The notes: a model not told the origin generated them from the letters alone. Shown: positions 8,001-16,861, counted from the first letter of the stretch. The stretch: 64,000 bases of DNA from Bryobacterales bacterium (GCA_963843255.1 CAWJJQ010000002.1:78000-141999); one strand, 5' to 3'. Numbers and translations: made by a program.

Positions 8001-9012
8001 AGAAAACGCCCAGGTAGTGTCCGGAGCCCGCAAGGCAGCCATGTTCCTGATGGGCGTGGGGGACCAGATTGGGGCCGACGTGCTGCGCCACCTGGAGCCC
8101 GACGAAATCCGCCGCATCAGTTGGGAGATCTCCTCTCTGGATGCCGTTGGGCCGGACCACATGCTGAGCGTGTTCCGGGAATTTGAGACTCTCACGGCCA
8201 GTAGCCCGTTATTCGCCAAAGGCGGCGCCGAGTGCGCCCGCCGCATGGTCGAGCAGGCCTTCGGTCCCGAACCGGCCCAGAAAATCCTGGAAGTTCCCGC
8301 TCGCACCGCGGCCTCCGCCGAGGCGGGCGAATTCGGCATTCTGCAGGATACCGATCCGCAGCAGCTCGCCACCTTCATTCGCGATGAGCATCCCCAGGTG
8401 ATCGCGTTGATTCTCTCCAACCTGCCCTCCGCGCAAGCCGGCGCGCTGATGGCTTCCCTACCTGCCGAAACGCAGCCGCAGGTCGCCCTGCGGATGGCCT
8501 CGCTCGATCGCATCTCGCCCGAAGTCTTCCGCCGTATCGCCGAAGCCATCGCCAGCAAACTGAAGAATATCCGGCAGGTAAAACGCTCCAATGGCATGGG
8601 CACCCTGGCCAGCCTCCTGAACCAGATCGATCCCACAGTGGCCGAGGCCATCCTCGCCAAAATCGACGAGGAAGACCAATCCATCGGCTCCTCCGTACGC
8701 GACATGATGTTCGTGTTCGAAGACATCCTCAACATCAATCGCGACGGCATGACCAAGCTGATCGCCAAGGCCGACCGCAAGATCCTCACTACCGCGTTGA
8801 AAGGGACTTACGGCAAGGTCCGCGATCATTTCAAAGAATGCATGTCGCAGCGCGCCGCGGAAATGCTGGAGGAGGACATGGAGGCTTTGGGGCCGGTCCG
8901 CATTCGCGATGTGGAGGCCGCCCAACAGCAGCTCGTCGCCGTCGTCCGCCAGTTGCAGCAAGAAGGCTTGATCGCCGTAAGTCGGGGTGGCAGCGACGAA
9001 TATGTTGTCTAG
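7987..9012 (+). CDS. fliG: flagellar motor switch protein FliG
   Basis: 'GARKAAMFLMGVG', 'EHPQVIALILSNL', 'MFVFEDIL'. ATG 7987 with SD AGGAG 7976-7980. The track ORF start at 7789 is an upstream extension. Confidence 0.92.
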   Translation: MPQSEENAQVVSGARKAAMFLMGVGDQIGADVLRHLEPDEIRRISWEISSLDAVGPDHMLSVFREFETLTASSPLFAKGGAECARRMVEQAFGPEPAQKILEVPARTAASAEAGEFGILQDTDPQQLATFIRDEHPQVIALILSNLPSAQAGALMASLPAETQPQVALRMASLDRISPEVFRRIAEAIASKLKNIRQVKRSNGMGTLASLLNQIDPTVAEAILAKIDEEDQSIGSSVRDMMFVFEDILNINRDGMTKLIAKADRKILTTALKGTYGKVRDHFKECMSQRAAEMLEEDMEALGPVRIRDVEAAQQQLVAVVRQLQQEGLIAVSRGGSDEYVV

Positions 9013-9670
9013 AGTGCTGAAGGAATCCGACATCGAGATCCGGCCCATCGTGTGGCCGCGCGGTTCGGTGCTGCAGGTTCAAGCCGCGCCGGCGCCCTTG
9101 CCGGCTTCTCCGGCGCAGGATGAAGCGTCACACCTGCGCGCCAAGCTGAACCTGATGGCTGCCCAGGCTGAGAAGCAATCGCGGGAAGCCTTCGAAGCCG
9201 GCCTGCACGCGGGAGAATCCGCAGCTAAGGAAAGACTGGAAGGCGAGGTTCGCGCCACCATCGCCCGACTGGCCGAAAGCATTAAAGAACTGGCTTCTTT
9301 ACGCGCCGAGACCATTCACCGCGCGGAGGTCGACACGGTGCGCCTGGCAGTCGAGATCGCGCGCCGCGTTCTGCATCGCGAGCTGACCGTGGACACGTCC
9401 GCGTTGGGTGCTCTTATCAAAGCGGCTCTGGAGAAATTACAGGCGCAGGAAGTCTACCGCGTCCGCGTGCATCCCGATCAAGCCAAGATCGTCCGCAGTT
9501 GCCTCGACGAGATGGGGCGCAGCCAGGCGATAGAAGTGGTCCAGGATGCTTCGCAGGCCAAAGGCGGCGCGATATTTGAAATCAGCCGCGGAGCGCTGGA
9601 TGCTTCGGTGGAAACACAGCTACGCGAGATCGAGTGCGGCCTGACAGACCAGTTGGAGGCGCGCAATTGA
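9002..9670 (+). CDS. fliH: flagellar assembly protein FliH
   Basis: Coiled-coil N-terminal half and C-terminal 'RVHPDQAKIVRSCL...GGAIFEISRGALDASVETQL'. Lies between fliG and fliI. Start is ATG 9002 or GTG 8987. Confidence 0.8.
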   Translation: MLSRVLKESDIEIRPIVWPRGSVLQVQAAPAPLPASPAQDEASHLRAKLNLMAAQAEKQSREAFEAGLHAGESAAKERLEGEVRATIARLAESIKELASLRAETIHRAEVDTVRLAVEIARRVLHRELTVDTSALGALIKAALEKLQAQEVYRVRVHPDQAKIVRSCLDEMGRSQAIEVVQDASQAKGGAIFEISRGALDASVETQLREIECGLTDQLEARN

Positions 9671-10989
9671 CAGTTCCATGTCCCGTCGATTTCAGCTCGT
9701 ACATTGCGCAAGTCCGCAACGCCCCGCTGCTGCCCTGGACCGGTGAAGTCGTCGAGTTGATCGGCCTGCTGGTTGCATCGCGCGGACCGGCCGTGGCCAT
9801 TGGCGATTGCTGCGAAGTGATCACCTCCGCGGGGCGCCGTATCCGCACACAGGTGGTAGGCTTTCGCGAAGGGCACGTGCTCTCGATGGCGCTCGAAGAG
9901 ATCGATGGCATTCAACTGGGCGACCAGGTGATTGCCCGCGCAGACGATGCCCAGGTCCCGGTGGGGCCCGACCTGGTGGGGCGTGTTCTGGATGGCTTCG
10001 GCCGGACCATCGACCGCAAACCGCCTATCCGGCGTACCGGCTCGTACCGCCTCTATCAGTCGCCCGGGAGTCCTCTCGACCGCGAGCACATTACCGAACG
10101 CATCAATACCGGTGTCCGTGTTATCGACGGCTTGATTCCCTGCGGCCAGGGACAGCGCATGGGCATCTTCGGCGGCAGCGGCGTTGGCAAGAGCACTTTG
10201 CTAGGTTCGATGGCGCGCCATAACTCCGCGGATGTCACGGTGATCGCACTGATCGGCGAACGCAACCGTGAAGTGCGGGCTTTCCTGGAACAGGACCTCG
10301 GTGCGGATGGCGCCAAGCGCTCGGTAGTGGTCTGCGCTACCTCCGACCGTCCCGCCCCGCTTCGCGTCCGTGCCAGTTTCGTTGCCCTGGCTGTCGCGGA
10401 GTATTTCCGCGATCAGGGCGCGCACGTGCTCCTGATTATGGACTCCGTGACCCGCCTGGCCATGGCGCAGCGGGAGATCGGGCTGGCAGCCGGCGAACCG
10501 CCCAGCCAGAAAGGCTACACTCCGTCCGTGTTCAACCTGCTGCCCCGGATACTGGAGCGTGCCGGCAATTTTCAGCAGGGATCCATCACCGGTTTCTTTA
10601 CCGTGCTGGTGGAAGGCGATGATTTCAACGAACCGATCAGCGATGCGGTGCGCTCCATCCTGGACGGTCACATTACCCTATCGCGCCGCCTGGCCGCCGC
10701 CAGCCACTATCCGGCGATCGACGTGATGCATTCGCTCAGCCGGCTCTCCACGCGGCTCGCGGAACCGAACGATCTGCAAGCGTCCAAGAAAATCCGGGAA
10801 GCCCTGGCGGTCTACGACGAATCGAAAGATCTGATTGAGCTGGGAGCTTATGTCAGTGGCGCGAACCCGCGCCTGGATGCGGCTGTGCGCATGCGGCCCG
10901 AGATCAACGCCTTTCTGCAACAGGACGCCGCCGCATCGTCCCTGCCCGATACCCTGGCCCGTATGCAGTCCATTGCCGCCAGGCTCTAA
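9667..10989 (+). CDS. fliI: flagellum-specific ATPase FliI
   Basis: Walker A 'GIFGGSGVGKSTLLG', Walker B 'VLLIMDSVTRLAMAQRE'. TTG 9667 has SD GGAGG 9655-9659 and a TTGA overlap with the fliH stop. The track start GTG 9634 is the alternative. Confidence 0.92.
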   Translation: MTVPCPVDFSSYIAQVRNAPLLPWTGEVVELIGLLVASRGPAVAIGDCCEVITSAGRRIRTQVVGFREGHVLSMALEEIDGIQLGDQVIARADDAQVPVGPDLVGRVLDGFGRTIDRKPPIRRTGSYRLYQSPGSPLDREHITERINTGVRVIDGLIPCGQGQRMGIFGGSGVGKSTLLGSMARHNSADVTVIALIGERNREVRAFLEQDLGADGAKRSVVVCATSDRPAPLRVRASFVALAVAEYFRDQGAHVLLIMDSVTRLAMAQREIGLAAGEPPSQKGYTPSVFNLLPRILERAGNFQQGSITGFFTVLVEGDDFNEPISDAVRSILDGHITLSRRLAAASHYPAIDVMHSLSRLSTRLAEPNDLQASKKIREALAVYDESKDLIELGAYVSGANPRLDAAVRMRPEINAFLQQDAAASSLPDTLARMQSIAARL

Positions 10990-10995
10990 CCTCGT

Positions 10996-11443
10996 ATGCC
11001 CAACTTCCAATTCCGCCTGCAGCGAGTTCTGGAATGGTATCAGACCCAGTGCCAGTTAGAGGAGAATCGCCTGGCGCTGTGTCTCGCCGCGTTGGATAAA
11101 GTGCGGGAAAGCATCGCCCGTCTGCAAGCCGACAGTCTCCGGATCGAACGCGAGGTCCTCTCCGGGAGCACCATCGCGGCAGCGGATCTCGCCTCGCTTG
11201 GCCTCTATCGCTTGCGCGCGAAGATGCAGGCAGCCGACTTGGAGCAGGACCGCATACGCGGAAAGCGCGCGGTTAAAGATCAAATGGCGGTCGTACGGGC
11301 GAGCACAGCGCCGCCTGCGTCTGGTGGAGAAACTGCGCGAAAGGCGCCTGCAGGAGTATCTCGCAGCCGAAGATCAGGCGCTAGAAAATCTGGCCGCCGA
11401 GTCATATCTATCTAAGTGGATGCAAATGAAACAAGCTAAGTGA
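10996..11443 (+). pseudogene. fliJ: flagellar export protein FliJ, frame broken by a 1-nt indel near 11295 (pseudogene or assembly error)
   Basis: ORF 10996.. gives a coiled-coil N-terminal part and then an Arg/Pro/Ser-rich tail. The +1 frame (track ORF 11198..11443) continues as 'AQRRLRLVEKLRERRLQEYLAAEDQALENLAAESYL', which looks like a FliJ C-terminus. Spliced length is about 148 aa. Confidence 0.75.
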
Positions 11444-11513
11444 GGGAGGCCCTCGGCCTGCGGCGGACCCTCAGGCCGCCACCTTACTTGCGCAAGGCGG
11501 TCGATCCGACGCG

Positions 11514-11536
11514 AAAAGCGGGTCCGAGGGACCCGC
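11514..11536 (-). terminator. intrinsic terminator of the 11587..12432 gene
   Basis: On the minus strand: GCGGGTCC-ctc-GGACCCGC followed by TTTT (plus-strand AAAA 11514-11517), about 50 nt past the stop. Confidence 0.65.
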
Positions 11537-11586
11537 GCAGGCCGCGGGCCTGCCCCACCAGAACCGGCGCGGGGGCCGAAGGTCCT

Positions 11587-12432
11587 TTAGGCGCTCTCGA
11601 CTTCCGACCAGGAACCGGGATGAAATTGAGCGTCAGCCTGTCCCGCAGCCAAACCGGCTTTTTCCAATTGCGCCAAAGTATAATAGCGGCCCGGCTGTAT
11701 CCCACTAACCGTACCGTTGTAACCGGGAACGTTGTAAGTGTTAGGGCCCACTTGATTCGCTGTAGAGATATAAATCGGTTCGGCTCCCGCGGACTGTCCC
11801 GGCCCGGCGTAACCCAAGTCCTTAGAAGTATAAGTCACACCGTCGAAAGTCATGGGGCCCGGGTCCGACCAATAAGCCGTCGTGTCGATAGGTTGACCGG
11901 ACGCTAGTCTCTGCGCATTCTCCAGCGCCAGCCTCCGGTCGAATTCGCCTTGCGCCTGCGAAGTCGGGACGCCTGGAAGCTGCGACGTCAAACTCGCACC
12001 ACTTCCTCCCGTCATTTGTGCGAAAGCGTTGCCAGCTTGATTCTGCAGAGCCTGCGCGAAAATTGCATCCGGACCGAACACGCTATTGGCCCCGAAGTTA
12101 CTGCCCGAGCCCTGCCCGCTTTCATAAGACATGGTGGCAGCCCCGGTGTAGTTACCCAGTGGATTCGCCGCCGCCATCTCCGTGTAGTAACTCTCCAACC
12201 ACGCCTGCACATCCGGCTGGCCCAGAGTCGTCTTTCCGCCAGGAGTTGTGGAAGCCGTCGTGGAGGCGACGCTGGAGGCCGCCGTGGAACTGGTCTCCGG
12301 GCTGGCAGCCGCCGCTGACTCAAACAGGTTTCCAAAATCGCCCGTTGATGACGATGACGATGGCGATGAGGATCCGGTCGGCAGCGTTCTCTCTACCAGG
12401 TCGAACATCCCTTTATCCACTGCGTGCACCAT
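11587..12432 (-). CDS. hypothetical Ser/Thr/Gly/Gln-rich protein, no Cys, no signal peptide
   Basis: 281-aa ORF with its own terminator and coding-like GC3 bias. Poly-Ser/Thr tract near the N-terminus. No family recognised. Confidence 0.6.
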   Translation of the reverse strand: MVHAVDKGMFDLVERTLPTGSSSPSSSSSTGDFGNLFESAAAASPETSSTAASSVASTTASTTPGGKTTLGQPDVQAWLESYYTEMAAANPLGNYTGAATMSYESGQGSGSNFGANSVFGPDAIFAQALQNQAGNAFAQMTGGSGASLTSQLPGVPTSQAQGEFDRRLALENAQRLASGQPIDTTAYWSDPGPMTFDGVTYTSKDLGYAGPGQSAGAEPIYISTANQVGPNTYNVPGYNGTVSGIQPGRYYTLAQLEKAGLAAGQADAQFHPGSWSEVESA

Positions 12433-13017
12433 TAGCTTTGTTGTCCTTTCAAAATACCTGCTTTCCGGAATGCAGCTTAGTAACCAATTCGAGCCCTGTC
12501 ATTTCAATAAGATACAGACGCGTCACCCGTTATGTCTTTGACATGCGGCGCGCGTGTCAAACAGTTGACGATGCCAGCGGTATGCTATCCGGACACAAAT
12601 GAAAATCCCGGGTTAATTCCAAGCGGGGGGAACTCATGCCCGATATAATGCACGAGCCCTTAGCGCCCTTTCCCACCGTGATTTCGCCCCGCGACGCGAT
12701 CCTTCTGGTGTCTTGGCAGGAGTAACCACCGATTTCTCGCGTGGCGACACCAATCCTGCGTCTCGTATGCGCGTTGAATCCAGGAATCACAGCAAGCACG
12801 ATACGCCAGGTGGGTACGGCATCACTCCGGGCGCAACTAACTTCGAATTGGTACATTGCTGGTGGTGTGCAAACTCATGTCGCCTTTCCCGCGGGCGCGT
12901 GCCCGGGCCAGCCACGCCTGGTAATCCGCCCGCACGAGCCGCACGGCTCGGTTGTGAGATGCTTCGCTGGTTCGACAAATACGTGAAGAATGCGCTGCCG
13001 CGCCCCGGTGTTTGAAA

Positions 13018-13659
13018 TTAAGTCGCCGACGGATGAGCAGTTTCGTAAATCTGCCGGCTGGCCTGGTTCTGAAGCTGGTTGATCTGTTGTGCTTCCGACT
13101 GGGTCAGCGTGCCGCCGTTCGCCTGATTATTTGATCCGATGAGCTGATCAATGGTGGTCTGCTGGCTCATGAGCTGCTGCGTCTGGCTGGCGTTGAGATT
13201 TCCAGCCTGTTCGTTCAGCTCGATCCGGCCGGCCTGCATGGCAGCCCGTTTCTCAGCCTCGCTGATGGGCGGATGGCTCGTGGGCGGTGCGGCGCCATTG
13301 TGCGCGTCGGAGTAAATGGTCGCGCTCAACTGATTCTGCAACTGATTGATGCTCTGTGCATCCTGGGAAGAAAGCGTCCCACCGCCGGCCTGTTTGTCCG
13401 ACGTGATCTGGGTCTGGATGGATGCCACCTGCTGATAGAGTTGCGAGGCCTGGGCAGCGGTCAGGTTGCCGGCCTGGGCATTCAGTGCAATGCGGCCGGT
13501 TTCCATGGTCTCACGCTGTGCCGCGGGGCTGAGATCCACAACATCCTGGGCGAGCGGCTCTGGATTGTTAGCCGATGAGGCCGCCGGGATTGTCCCTTTC
13601 GGTGAGAGAACTGGCGACGGGTAATTTTGTGAAGCGGTAACGCTGGTGACTTCGCTCAT
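13018..13659 (-). CDS. hypothetical protein made of two tandem ~85-aa repeats (weak FlgM-like 'D.V.LS..A' motif)
   Basis: 213 aa, with SD AAGGAG. Repeat 1 is 'LSPAAQRETMETGRIALNAQAGNLTAAQASQLYQQ...GGTLSSQDAQSINQLQNQLSATIYSDAH'. Repeat 2 is 'ISEAEKRAAMQAGRIELNEQAGNLNASQTQQLMSQ...GGTLTQSEAQQINQLQNQASRQIYETAH'. No Cys and no signal peptide. Confidence 0.65.
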   Translation of the reverse strand: MSEVTSVTASQNYPSPVLSPKGTIPAASSANNPEPLAQDVVDLSPAAQRETMETGRIALNAQAGNLTAAQASQLYQQVASIQTQITSDKQAGGGTLSSQDAQSINQLQNQLSATIYSDAHNGAAPPTSHPPISEAEKRAAMQAGRIELNEQAGNLNASQTQQLMSQQTTIDQLIGSNNQANGGTLTQSEAQQINQLQNQASRQIYETAHPSAT

Positions 13660-13899
13660 AACTCCAATCTCCTTTCCGGTATCCGGAAGATATTTGTCCA
13701 GGTAAATCCCCGCTGACGTTTGTTAATTAGAGTTACATACGAGATAGACGGCTGGCAACGATATCCTTGGTTATCGAACGAAGCTTCTTGGCATTCGCCG
13801 CCCGCTGGCTAAGTACCGTGGAACGTCATCGGTACGATCAGGACTACGCGCTGCCGTTCCGGACAAACCATAATCACAGCAGAGGTTCGACAGGCCGCA

Positions 13900-14289
13900 A
13901 TGCTACCGCCAGTCATGGCGCACCTGGAACGCCGCGGAGACGAACGCTACCGCTTTGGCCAGCCGCTGCAGTTCTCGGTGCACGGGCCGGGTTCCGCATG
14001 CCTGGGAGCGAGGCTGGGAGCGGGCCATACCATTGAACTCGGCGCGGGCGGACTGCTGGTCCACACCGAACATCCTCCCAGCGACGGCGAACAAGTTGAG
14101 ATCCAGATCACCTGGCCCTTGCCGGCGCAGGGTGTCTGTCCCGTAGTGCTCGTGATTCAGGCAATCGTGGTGAGAACCGACGCGCGCGGAACCGCGTTGC
14201 GCATGCGCAGTTATGAATTTCAGATGGCGGGAACGCGATCGCTCGACGCCTCGATCAGCAGCGGCGTAACCTGCAACCTGATCGGGTGA
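13900..14289 (+). CDS. PilZ domain protein (candidate c-di-GMP receptor)
   Basis: 'RRGDERYRF' (RxxxR) followed about 30 aa later by 'IELGAGGLLV' (D/NxSxxG-like) and a beta-barrel-like remainder. GC3-rich codons. ATG 13915 is an alternative start. Confidence 0.6.
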   Translation: MLPPVMAHLERRGDERYRFGQPLQFSVHGPGSACLGARLGAGHTIELGAGGLLVHTEHPPSDGEQVEIQITWPLPAQGVCPVVLVIQAIVVRTDARGTALRMRSYEFQMAGTRSLDASISSGVTCNLIG

Positions 14290-14591
14290 CGAACCGCCGG
14301 CGTAAGATCCGGACACAATGCCGCCGCACTGGCGCGGCGCTCGATACGGCACCGTTCCAGCCCGGCCCAACCCTCGACCGAAGTCCCATCCGGCCCCCAT
14401 TTGACCTCGAACAGCGCGGACGCGCCATATTCGGCGCTCAAGCCCGCCAACGTCCAACCCGCCGCATCGAGCATCCGCATACCGCCCTGCCGGTTAATCA
14501 GGATCACAAGGTTGGGGCCACTGTCGGTAGCGCGCACGGCGGTATCCAGGATCTCTTCTGCCTGCTGCATCAGCGCCGTCATAAAAGCCAT
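14220..14591 (-). CDS. hypothetical protein
   Basis: 123-aa ORF. The first ~90 aa look protein-like ('MAFMTALMQQAEEILDTAVRATDSGPNLVILINRQGG...'). The 3' end overlaps the convergent PilZ gene by 70 nt. Confidence 0.4.
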   Translation of the reverse strand: MAFMTALMQQAEEILDTAVRATDSGPNLVILINRQGGMRMLDAAGWTLAGLSAEYGASALFEVKWGPDGTSVEGWAGLERCRIERRASAAALCPDLTPAVRHPIRLQVTPLLIEASSDRVPAI

Positions 14592-14678
14592 ATCGGCGGC
14601 GGCGGACGGCTTTCTTGTAAATCTGGGGCGCGGCCAGGGTCTATCCTGAACAGAGCGCCGGGGCTTTCCAAGCCAAGG

Positions 14679-15602
14679 TTACTTCCCGACGGGGACACGC
14701 AGCTTATCGCGGGCGAACGCAACCGGCCCCGGAAAGGCCGCGCGAATCGATTTGCGCACCGCACGCTCCTGACCTTCAACGTCTGGCGCAAGATGGCTCA
14801 ACAGCAAACTCTTGACGCCGCTCTCTCGTGCCGCTTCGCCGACCTTCTTCGGCGGCGTGTGCAGTTGGTACAACTGCGATGGCGATCCTGGAGGGTCCAG
14901 CACGGCGCAATTGAAAACCAGCAAATCCGCGCTTTTCGCCAATTGCTCCAGATTCGGAAGAGCCGATGCGTCCATGTCTCCGGAGAAAACCACCGACACC
15001 CCCCGGTAAGAAATCCGGTAAGCGGCGGACGGACATTCGCCGTGATGGGTCGCAATTTCTTCTACCACCAAGCCATCCTCATCGACGATCTTGGTGCGCG
15101 GCAAATCCAAGCTGGTTGCCAGATCGCGAACGGCAAACGACTCGCGCGCGCCAAACGTCTTTTGATACGCGAACGCGCCGCCTTCCGCCACCAGCAAATC
15201 CACGAATCGCGAGGTCTTGGGAAATAGGCCGCCTGCATCCGGACCAAAAATCCGGTACGTGATCGGTCCATCGCTGGTAAGCGCTCGCGCATTGAAGAAA
15301 GCTGCCAGATCTCCGCTGTGATCGATGTGCAGATGCGTCAACAGAACCGTATCTACCGCTTCTAAGTCCAGGTCCAGTTCCCCAATTCGCAGGAACGCTC
15401 CCGGCCCGGCATCCACCAAAATGCGCGGCTTTCCTTCGAGGACCACGATGTAGCTTGAGCCGGCCCTCCCGAACGCGCGGGGCCCCCCGGAACCAAGCAC
15501 CACAACTTCCATCGCGGGCTTTACAGGACTGGCGCGCAGGCAGGCCGGGAACAGAAAAGCAACCGCCGCCAGGGGCATGAACAGCGGGCGTCCGCGAAAC
15601 AT
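14679..15602 (-). CDS. MBL-fold metallo-hydrolase with signal peptide
   Basis: 'VLLTHLHIDHSGD' (HxHxDH), later 'HHGE' and 'SHL' metal ligands. N-terminal hydrophobic signal 'PLFMPLAAVAFLFPACLRA'. Confidence 0.85.
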   Translation of the reverse strand: MFRGRPLFMPLAAVAFLFPACLRASPVKPAMEVVVLGSGGPRAFGRAGSSYIVVLEGKPRILVDAGPGAFLRIGELDLDLEAVDTVLLTHLHIDHSGDLAAFFNARALTSDGPITYRIFGPDAGGLFPKTSRFVDLLVAEGGAFAYQKTFGARESFAVRDLATSLDLPRTKIVDEDGLVVEEIATHHGECPSAAYRISYRGVSVVFSGDMDASALPNLEQLAKSADLLVFNCAVLDPPGSPSQLYQLHTPPKKVGEAARESGVKSLLLSHLAPDVEGQERAVRKSIRAAFPGPVAFARDKLRVPVGK

Positions 15603-15643
15603 GTCTCCAAGCCTATCACGAGGGTTAGCGCCAGCTTATTGGT

Positions 15644-15847
15644 TCACGCGACGCACTCGAGGATGTAATACTTCTTGCCGTCATCGCGTGCGATCTGGCC
15701 GGCGATGATCCACTCATGGCTGTCGGCCAGATAGACGCGGCGGTAGGAATCGTACTCGACGCCGATCTGGCGATCGATTCGGGATGCTTCCACCTCGCGG
15801 GTGTCGCCGGGGGCCCAGGATTGACGCACGACATGGAAAGGATCCAT
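15644..15847 (-). CDS. small hypothetical protein
   Basis: 67-aa ORF starting 4 nt downstream of the preceding membrane-protein gene on the same strand. No family recognised. Confidence 0.4.
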   Translation of the reverse strand: MDPFHVVRQSWAPGDTREVEASRIDRQIGVEYDSYRRVYLADSHEWIIAGQIARDDGKKYYILECVA

Positions 15848-15850
15848 GGT

Positions 15851-16495
15851 TTAGCGCCGGGTAAGCGTAAGTTCACCGGTATTTCGAGGTGACCGGCAGC
15901 CCAGCCACGCCGATACCAGAAAGCCGCAAAAGAAGAATAGCTCCACTACGAGCGGCGGCATAAGCGGTATCGTCCGAAGATAGGGGTCATCCGCCACGGG
16001 ACGGGCTAACCAGGGCAAGCTCGCGAGAAAACCCAGCAGGTAATGGCCAAGCGTGAGCAGTGCCAGGTTAATGACGGCAGTCCGCAAGAGGCTGATCCAA
16101 CGGAACGCCGAAGTGATCACCAGGCCCGCAGCCAGGACAGGCAACGCCGCCAGGGCGAGCAGGGCGCCGCGAGTCCATTCGAAGGCAAACTGCGACAGCG
16201 GCCACGGTAGGGCCCACCAGTGTAGAGCCGACGGTACTCCATCCACGGTCTTCCAGAGAAAAAGAGGAATCGCGGTTCCGCTGATGGCGTAACAGAAGTA
16301 CGGCCAACGCCGCCGCATCGCGCTCAGCACACTTGTGGCAAAGGCGATGAGCACCTGCCTCCAGAACCACGCGCGAGTTTGTCCTTCGCCGAAGCGTTCG
16401 ATGAGATCGCCGGTCAAGGCCTGGTTGTCGCCTGGGCAGGCATGCTGCAAGAACCATATGGCTTGCTTCGGCGGATCGGATTTGGTGCCGCTCAT
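15851..16495 (-). CDS. PadR-associated membrane protein
   Basis: ATG 16495 overlaps the PadR stop (ATGA). Cytoplasmic prefix 'LTGDLIERFGEGQTRAWFWRQVL' followed by about 5 hydrophobic helices. Confidence 0.65.
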   Translation of the reverse strand: MSGTKSDPPKQAIWFLQHACPGDNQALTGDLIERFGEGQTRAWFWRQVLIAFATSVLSAMRRRWPYFCYAISGTAIPLFLWKTVDGVPSALHWWALPWPLSQFAFEWTRGALLALAALPVLAAGLVITSAFRWISLLRTAVINLALLTLGHYLLGFLASLPWLARPVADDPYLRTIPLMPPLVVELFFFCGFLVSAWLGCRSPRNTGELTLTRR

Positions 16496-16827
16496 GTGTG
16501 CCTTCCCTCCAGTTGAGGGATACCCCTCCATAGGTTGATAAGTGCAGCGCGGGTGGTTTTCAAGGCTTGCAATCCCTCAGGGGTGACGCGCAGATAGCGT
16601 TTCGCCCGTCCGCCGCGCTCTGGCGTGGGGTCGCCAAGAGTCGAAGTTACGAAGTCTTTTCGTTCGAGCCGGTCGAGCGCCGCGTAAATGCTGCCAAGGG
16701 CGACTTCCCTGCCCGCCAGGTCGCGCAGTTCTTTGGAGATGGGAACGCCGTAGGCGCCGTCACCCAGGCGCACCACCGCGAGCAGAACCATCATTTCCAT
16801 CTCCGCAAGGTAGGCGGGCCGGGGCAT
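16492..16827 (-). CDS. PadR family transcriptional regulator
   Basis: 'MEMMVLLAVVRLGDGAYGVPISKELRDLAGREVALGSIYAALDRLERKDFV...RAKRYLRVTPEG' winged helix. Confidence 0.9.
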   Translation of the reverse strand: MPRPAYLAEMEMMVLLAVVRLGDGAYGVPISKELRDLAGREVALGSIYAALDRLERKDFVTSTLGDPTPERGGRAKRYLRVTPEGLQALKTTRAALINLWRGIPQLEGRHT

Positions 16828-16861
16828 TTGTTCAATTATAGCGAATAAATGAGCCGGGATC

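Noticed and set aside
12639-12646. sigma28-like -10 box CCCGATAT on the plus strand
   Set aside because: There is no acceptable TAAA -35 element at N15 (CAAG instead) and no intact downstream gene. It is likely a chance match.
14286-15227. 313-aa plus-strand ORF across the MBL hydrolase gene
   Set aside because: It is antisense to the MBL gene (HxHxDH present). Its Arg-rich translation has no motifs.
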